Assembly (NCBI GenBank): GCA_964599955.1
Contig: CAZRHO010000001.1
Location: 296 to 44,023 of the forward strand
Direction of reading: 5' to 3'
DNA length: 43,728 bases
Source: an uncultured Methanosarcinales archaeon
GTDB lineage: Archaea > Nanobdellota > Nanobdellia > Woesearchaeales > GW2011-AR9
The first letter of the stretch is position 1. Every line of letters starts with the position of its first letter. The notes under the pieces were generated by a model, which saw nothing but the letters and a program-made list of their open reading frames with translations, was not told the origin of the DNA and made no database searches. Below, one piece after another: positions 39,772 through 43,728 of this stretch. The position numbers and the translations under genes are program-made.

Positions 39772-41700
39772 ATGGTTCGTAAAAAGAAAGAAAAAGAAAG
39801 GGATTCTGGTGGTTTACTATTTCTATTAAGTTTAGTAGGTTCAGGAGTTGCCTTATATTCATATTTCAAAACTCCAAAGAATGCTGTATTAGATATTCCA
39901 GGATGTACTAATCCCATAGCAAATAATTTCAATCCTTTAGCCAATAAGGATGATGGAAGTTGTATTGTAGAAGGTTGTACAGACCCTAATGCTAAAAACT
40001 TTGACACTAAAGATACTTTAGATAACGGAACTTGTATTCAACCTATTCTTGGTTGTACTGACCCAAAGGCTGACAATTTTAACCCTTTAGCAACAAAGGA
40101 TGATGGAAGTTGTGTGATTTCGGGGTGTACTGACCCTAACGCTACTAATTTTAATCCTTTAGCTACCAAAGATGATGGTAGTTGTTTTATTGAAGGTTGT
40201 ACTAATCCAAAGGCTACTAACTTTAATCCTATTGCAACAAAGGATGATGGTAGTTGTATTATTGAAGGTTGTACAGACCCTAATGCTATTAACTTTGACC
40301 CAACAGCAACTAAAGATGATGGTAGTTGTTTAATGTGTAAAGAAGGAGATTTAAATTGTGGGAATGGAGATATTCTTGAAAAATGTTCAAACGGATTATG
40401 GGTAAAAGAACAACATTGTACTTATGGTTGTGAAAATAATGCTTGTAAACCACCTTTCCATTTAACTTGTGATGGAAATAAATGTGTTGAAACTATTGGA
40501 TTAGGACCTGATGACCCTGGTTGTAAGAATACAGGACAAGATTGTTGTAAAGGTAATTCTTCTCAATGTAAAGGGAACTCATTAGAAACTTGTAAGAGTG
40601 GTCAATGGAGTGGTCAATCTTGTGCTTACGGATGTCAAAATAATAAATGTAATATGTGTTCTCCTCTATCTAAAAAGAATGAAGAACCTTGTTTAACTGA
40701 TATAAGTAAGATTGGGAAATGGGATGAGTGTTCTGCTGATGGTCAATCTTGGTTACAGAAAGGAATTATATGTCCTCAACCAGAATGTCAACCGAATGGA
40801 ATTACTCAATGTGATGGAAATTCAGTTCAAAAATGTGTAAATTTCAAATGGCAAGGATTAAAATCTTGTGCTAACGGATGTATCGGGGGGGAATGTGCGC
40901 ATTTAGCTTGTAGTAATGGAACTTGTAAAAAAGTTAAAGGGGATGTTCCAAACTTTAAAGGATGTTTTTCAGAAGGTTCAGAATGTTGTACTTTTGATAA
41001 CGATACAAGATGTAAAGGTAATGGTCAAGAAACTTGTAAGAATGGTCAATGGGGTAGTGGTCAATCTTGTCAATATGGATGTTCTAATGATAAATGTAAT
41101 TCAAAACCAGTATGTAAATCTCATAGTTACCAAAGTTGTGGAAAGGATGGAGATGTTCATTGGTTTGATTCTTGCGATAACCAAGAAGAAGAAACACAAG
41201 ATTGTAAAGGATATGGTTGTCAAAATAATAAATGTAAAGACCCTCCTAAAGAAAACGTAGTAATTGTATGTTGTTCAAAAAGTTCAGGGGATTGCAATAT
41301 TGCTTATATTATGGAAACAGGATTTCAAAATATGGGATGGACTATTCCAAATAATCCACAATCAAGTGGAACTGTTAAAGTAGTTCAACCTCAAACTTTA
41401 AATTGGTTTAAGAATACTGATTGGTACAAAAATGCTGATATTGTTGTCGTAGTTGGTGGTCAACAAGCTTGGGATGAATGTACAGATAACTTTTGGAGTG
41501 AATGGTTTAAAGATGTAGATAATGTTTTTGATAAAAAAGATATGTTCCAACGTAAAACTTCAGGGGGAAGATGTTATTATGGTATTTCAGGATGGGATGC
41601 TTCACAGACAGCTTACATTTCAAGTTGCTTCCTTCAACAAGTAAGTAAAAATAAAACTGATATATGTGATATTTCAAGTTCAATATGTGACCCTAAATAA
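39772..41700 (+). CDS. large signal-anchored Cys-rich repeat surface protein
   Basis: Conserved leaderless promoter upstream. N-terminal TM. Six GCTDPNAxNFNPLATKDDGSC units, then five or more C..G.W....C.YGC.NN.C modules. The C-terminal domain has VVVVGGQQAWDEC...GISGWDASQT. Confidence 0.8.
   Translation: MVRKKKEKERDSGGLLFLLSLVGSGVALYSYFKTPKNAVLDIPGCTNPIANNFNPLANKDDGSCIVEGCTDPNAKNFDTKDTLDNGTCIQPILGCTDPKADNFNPLATKDDGSCVISGCTDPNATNFNPLATKDDGSCFIEGCTNPKATNFNPIATKDDGSCIIEGCTDPNAINFDPTATKDDGSCLMCKEGDLNCGNGDILEKCSNGLWVKEQHCTYGCENNACKPPFHLTCDGNKCVETIGLGPDDPGCKNTGQDCCKGNSSQCKGNSLETCKSGQWSGQSCAYGCQNNKCNMCSPLSKKNEEPCLTDISKIGKWDECSADGQSWLQKGIICPQPECQPNGITQCDGNSVQKCVNFKWQGLKSCANGCIGGECAHLACSNGTCKKVKGDVPNFKGCFSEGSECCTFDNDTRCKGNGQETCKNGQWGSGQSCQYGCSNDKCNSKPVCKSHSYQSCGKDGDVHWFDSCDNQEEETQDCKGYGCQNNKCKDPPKENVVIVCCSKSSGDCNIAYIMETGFQNMGWTIPNNPQSSGTVKVVQPQTLNWFKNTDWYKNADIVVVVGGQQAWDECTDNFWSEWFKDVDNVFDKKDMFQRKTSGGRCYYGISGWDASQTAYISSCFLQQVSKNKTDICDISSSICDPK
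39901..40329 (+). repeat. six tandem 24-26-aa GCTDPNAxNFNPLATKDDGSC units
   Basis: Read directly from the translation of the 39772 ORF. The DNA copies are diverged. Confidence 0.8.
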
Positions 41701-41702
41701 AT

Positions 41703-43728
41703 ATGGCGAAAAAAAAGAAAGATAAATCTTGTAAAGTTTTAAGTAAAACTCAATGTGATGATAAGTTTACTTGTAAGTGGGATGAGGATGAAAAAAGATG
41801 TGTTCCTAATTGGTTTCCATTAGCTTTATTTTTAGGGGGAATGGCTGGTGCTATGGCTTTATTACCAGGAGCAAAGGCACAACCACAAGGACCTATTGAA
41901 GGATGTATGGATAAAGATGCAAGAAATTATAATCCAAAGGCAACCATTCAAACAACTACTAAATGTATTTTTACTGCTCAAAGTTGTAAAAAGAATGGGA
42001 AATTTTATTACAAAGGAAGATGTATTTTTCCCGATGCTAAAGACCCAGCTTTCCCTGGACCTTGTAAACCAAATGAAATATTAAAAGATAGTGTAACTTT
42101 ATGTCCTGATGGAAAGAAATTAAGCGAATGGTTACAATGTGGTCAAGATGGTGGAGATTACTGGTATATGAACCAGTTATGTCCTGGAGAATCTAAATGT
42201 AAGGCTGGAAACATTGAAGTTATTTCTTGGTGTAAAGATGGAAAGACCCCTTCTGAATTTTATGTATGTAATGGAGATGGTACTGCTAAAACGTATATTT
42301 ACTCTCCTTGTCCTTGTGACCCACAAAATTTAATTAATTGTCCTAATCCTGATGATTGTAAGAAACAAGGTGGATTTTATTATGGTGACGTTTGTAATCC
42401 TAAACCATTTTGTAAACCAGATTCAATTCTGAATATTAGTCCTATTGAGCTTTGTGCAGATGGAAGTATTAAAAAGAACGCAATAGTATCTTGTAATAAA
42501 GAAGGAACAGGAATTGTTGAAGAAATTGAAGATATTGGATGTTGTGAAGCACTTACTCCTGAATTATGTGGAAACAAAGGAGATTGTTTAAAGAATGGTG
42601 GATTTTGGTATGATGACAAATGTAACAAAAACCCTAAACCCCCAGAGTGTGACCAAGCACATCCTGATTTATGTACAGACCCTAATGATTGTGCTATGCA
42701 AGGAATGTATTGGTATCAAGACAAATGTCATAAAGACCAGCTATGTAAACCAGACGAAACAATTTGTTTTTTAGGAAATGCGTTCTTATGTAATAATGTA
42801 GGAACAGGATTAATAGACAAAGGTCCAGCAAAATTATGTTGTGACATTATGGGTTGGTATTTTTATGATGGGAAATGTAACAAAACTCCTAAAAAGATTT
42901 GTAACCCAAAAGATTTGAAACAAGGAAGTGAAGTGTATTGTCCTAAAAGTCCAACTGTTCTTTCAGAATGGGAGGAGTGTTCAGCAGATGGATATAAGTG
43001 GGAAAATAAATCTCAAAAATGTCCTGACGTTTGTGATGCACAACACCTTGACTTATGTACAGACCCTAACTCTTGTAAAAACTTTGGTGGGTTTTGGTAT
43101 AATGATAAATGTAATTTAAATCCGTTATGTAATGCTGGAGATGTATTGTGTGTTAATGGGGTTGGTTATCAATGTTTACCAAATCAATCAGAATATAATT
43201 TACTTGGAGAAACTAAAGATTGTTGTGATAAAATTAATGGTTATTGGTATGGTGGAAAATGTAACCAAAATCCGTTATGTAAAACAGGAGAACACAAACC
43301 AGGAAGTGATATTAAATGTTTAACAGATGGAAGTAAATTATCATCTTGGGAAATTTGTAATGCTACTCATACAGGGTGGGATAAAAAAACAGGAACTTGT
43401 CCTAAATGTGATGCACAAAACCTTGACTTATGTACAGACCCTAATGATTGTAAAAACTTTGGTGGTTTCTGGTATAACGGAAAGTGTAACTTAAATCCAT
43501 TTTGTAGTAAAGGAGAAATTAAAGATAATAAAATAACTAAAACTCCTTGTTGGAATGGTGTTGATAATGCTAAAGATGAGTGGGAAGAATGTAATACTGA
43601 TTTAACTGGATGGGAATCTAAATCTAAATCTTTTTCTTGTCCTCCTCAACCTCAATGTGATAAGAATAATTTAGACTTATGTACAGACCCTAATGATTGT
43701 AAAAACTTTGGTGGTTTCTGGTATAACG
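41703..43728 (+). CDS. very large Cys-rich repeat surface protein, 3' partial (runs off the window)
   Basis: Not in the track because it has no stop. Translated by hand from ATG 41703: 675 codons without a stop. Pre-TM Cys4 motif, TM, then nine or more C..C...GGFWY..KCN modules. Confidence 0.8.
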   Translation, partial: MAKKKKDKSCKVLSKTQCDDKFTCKWDEDEKRCVPNWFPLALFLGGMAGAMALLPGAKAQPQGPIEGCMDKDARNYNPKATIQTTTKCIFTAQSCKKNGKFYYKGRCIFPDAKDPAFPGPCKPNEILKDSVTLCPDGKKLSEWLQCGQDGGDYWYMNQLCPGESKCKAGNIEVISWCKDGKTPSEFYVCNGDGTAKTYIYSPCPCDPQNLINCPNPDDCKKQGGFYYGDVCNPKPFCKPDSILNISPIELCADGSIKKNAIVSCNKEGTGIVEEIEDIGCCEALTPELCGNKGDCLKNGGFWYDDKCNKNPKPPECDQAHPDLCTDPNDCAMQGMYWYQDKCHKDQLCKPDETICFLGNAFLCNNVGTGLIDKGPAKLCCDIMGWYFYDGKCNKTPKKICNPKDLKQGSEVYCPKSPTVLSEWEECSADGYKWENKSQKCPDVCDAQHLDLCTDPNSCKNFGGFWYNDKCNLNPLCNAGDVLCVNGVGYQCLPNQSEYNLLGETKDCCDKINGYWYGGKCNQNPLCKTGEHKPGSDIKCLTDGSKLSSWEICNATHTGWDKKTGTCPKCDAQNLDLCTDPNDCKNFGGFWYNGKCNLNPFCSKGEIKDNKITKTPCWNGVDNAKDEWEECNTDLTGWESKSKSFSCPPQPQCDKNNLDLCTDPNDCKNFGGFWYN
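43425..43728 (+). repeat. 55-nt exact direct repeat inside the last ORF (43425-43479 and 43674-43728)
   Basis: GACTTATGTACAGACCCTAATGATTGTAAAAACTTTGGTGGTTTCTGGTATAACG occurs twice, 249 nt apart. A diverged third copy lies at about 43049-43103. Confidence 0.8.

Noticed and set aside
1-43728. Searched intergenic gaps (7385-7489, 8652-8939, 9090-9209, 9696-9804, 10631-10748, 11199-11255, 19213-19504) for tRNA, rRNA, integrase/att sites, terminase, portal, HK97-type capsid and DNA polymerase.
   Set aside because: No cloverleaf-compatible GC-rich 70-90-nt segment and no hallmark motifs (Walker-A terminase/ATPase, tyrosine or serine recombinase, polymerase motifs) were recognised by eye. Absence is provisional, because remote homologs cannot be excluded without profile searches.
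1-43728. Alternative origins: a bacterial phage, or a eukaryotic giant virus (suggested by AT-richness, the MGC N-termini, the Trx-fold protein and glycosylation genes).
   Set aside because: ATGA/TAATG-coupled operons and GGAGG sites argue against a eukaryotic virus. Four observations favour an archaeal host over a bacterial one: TATA boxes ending about 26 nt before start codons, no -35/-10 pairs, oligo-T terminators without hairpins, and class-I CCA-, Hjc-, C2H2- and S-layer-type proteins. This remains an inference.

Overview
This is an AT-rich, very gene-dense window with about 100 short-to-medium ORFs. Nearly all are on the + strand, with three minus-strand islands at 17039-19212, 24289-24471 and 25005-25972. 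The window is open at both ends: the first ORF has no upstream stop, and the last ORF (41703 onward) has no stop. I recognised no rRNA, tRNA, CRISPR array, integrase, transposase, terminase, portal or DNA polymerase.

The window reads as part of a large virus or virus-like extrachromosomal element of an archaeon. The evidence:
1. A recurring TATA/BRE-like promoter (AACCAAAAcaTTTATATATTAAAAAATCAcTAATTTTTCT) ends about 26 nt before the ATG, which implies leaderless mRNAs. Oligo-T terminators follow several genes.
2. Several proteins look archaeal in type: a class-I CCA-adding-enzyme-like nucleotidyltransferase, an Hjc-like nuclease, a C2H2 zinc-finger protein, an S-layer-type VGG / VAGW..DT domain and a PKD domain.
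3. Dozens of tiny zinc-ribbon or Cys proteins are chained by ATGA, TAATG or TAA-A-ATG stop-start junctions.

Modules along the window:
- 33-2129: amidoligase plus Ntn (class-II GATase-like) amidohydrolase pair.
- 2131-12273: 'early-like' small genes, including an AEP-like mini protein, an SDR and an HExxH protein.
- 12275-14154: tandem array of two alternating small-protein families plus an acidic protein.
- 14156-17100: MAKKK-signal-anchored and membrane proteins.
- 17039-19212 (-): C2H2 / AT-hook / Q,M-rich protein plus Hjc-like nuclease.
- 19296-19458: hairpin-rich intergenic candidate sRNA.
- 19505-23118: PKD and Cys-repeat surface proteins plus a CPGC thioredoxin-fold protein.
- 23181-25008: MGCGxC tail-anchored proteins and protamine-like basic proteins.
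- 25005-27105: Dam-type methyltransferase and CCA-like nucleotidyltransferase.
- 28241-29764: three beta-rich putative structural proteins.
- 29844-37222: RHH-headed sugar-nucleotide / glycosyltransferase island.
- 38705-39730: beta-class DNA methyltransferase flanked by a 14-21 bp inverted repeat.
- 39772-43728: two giant Cys-rich repeat proteins.

All functional calls come from motif recognition by eye. No database search or structure prediction was run.
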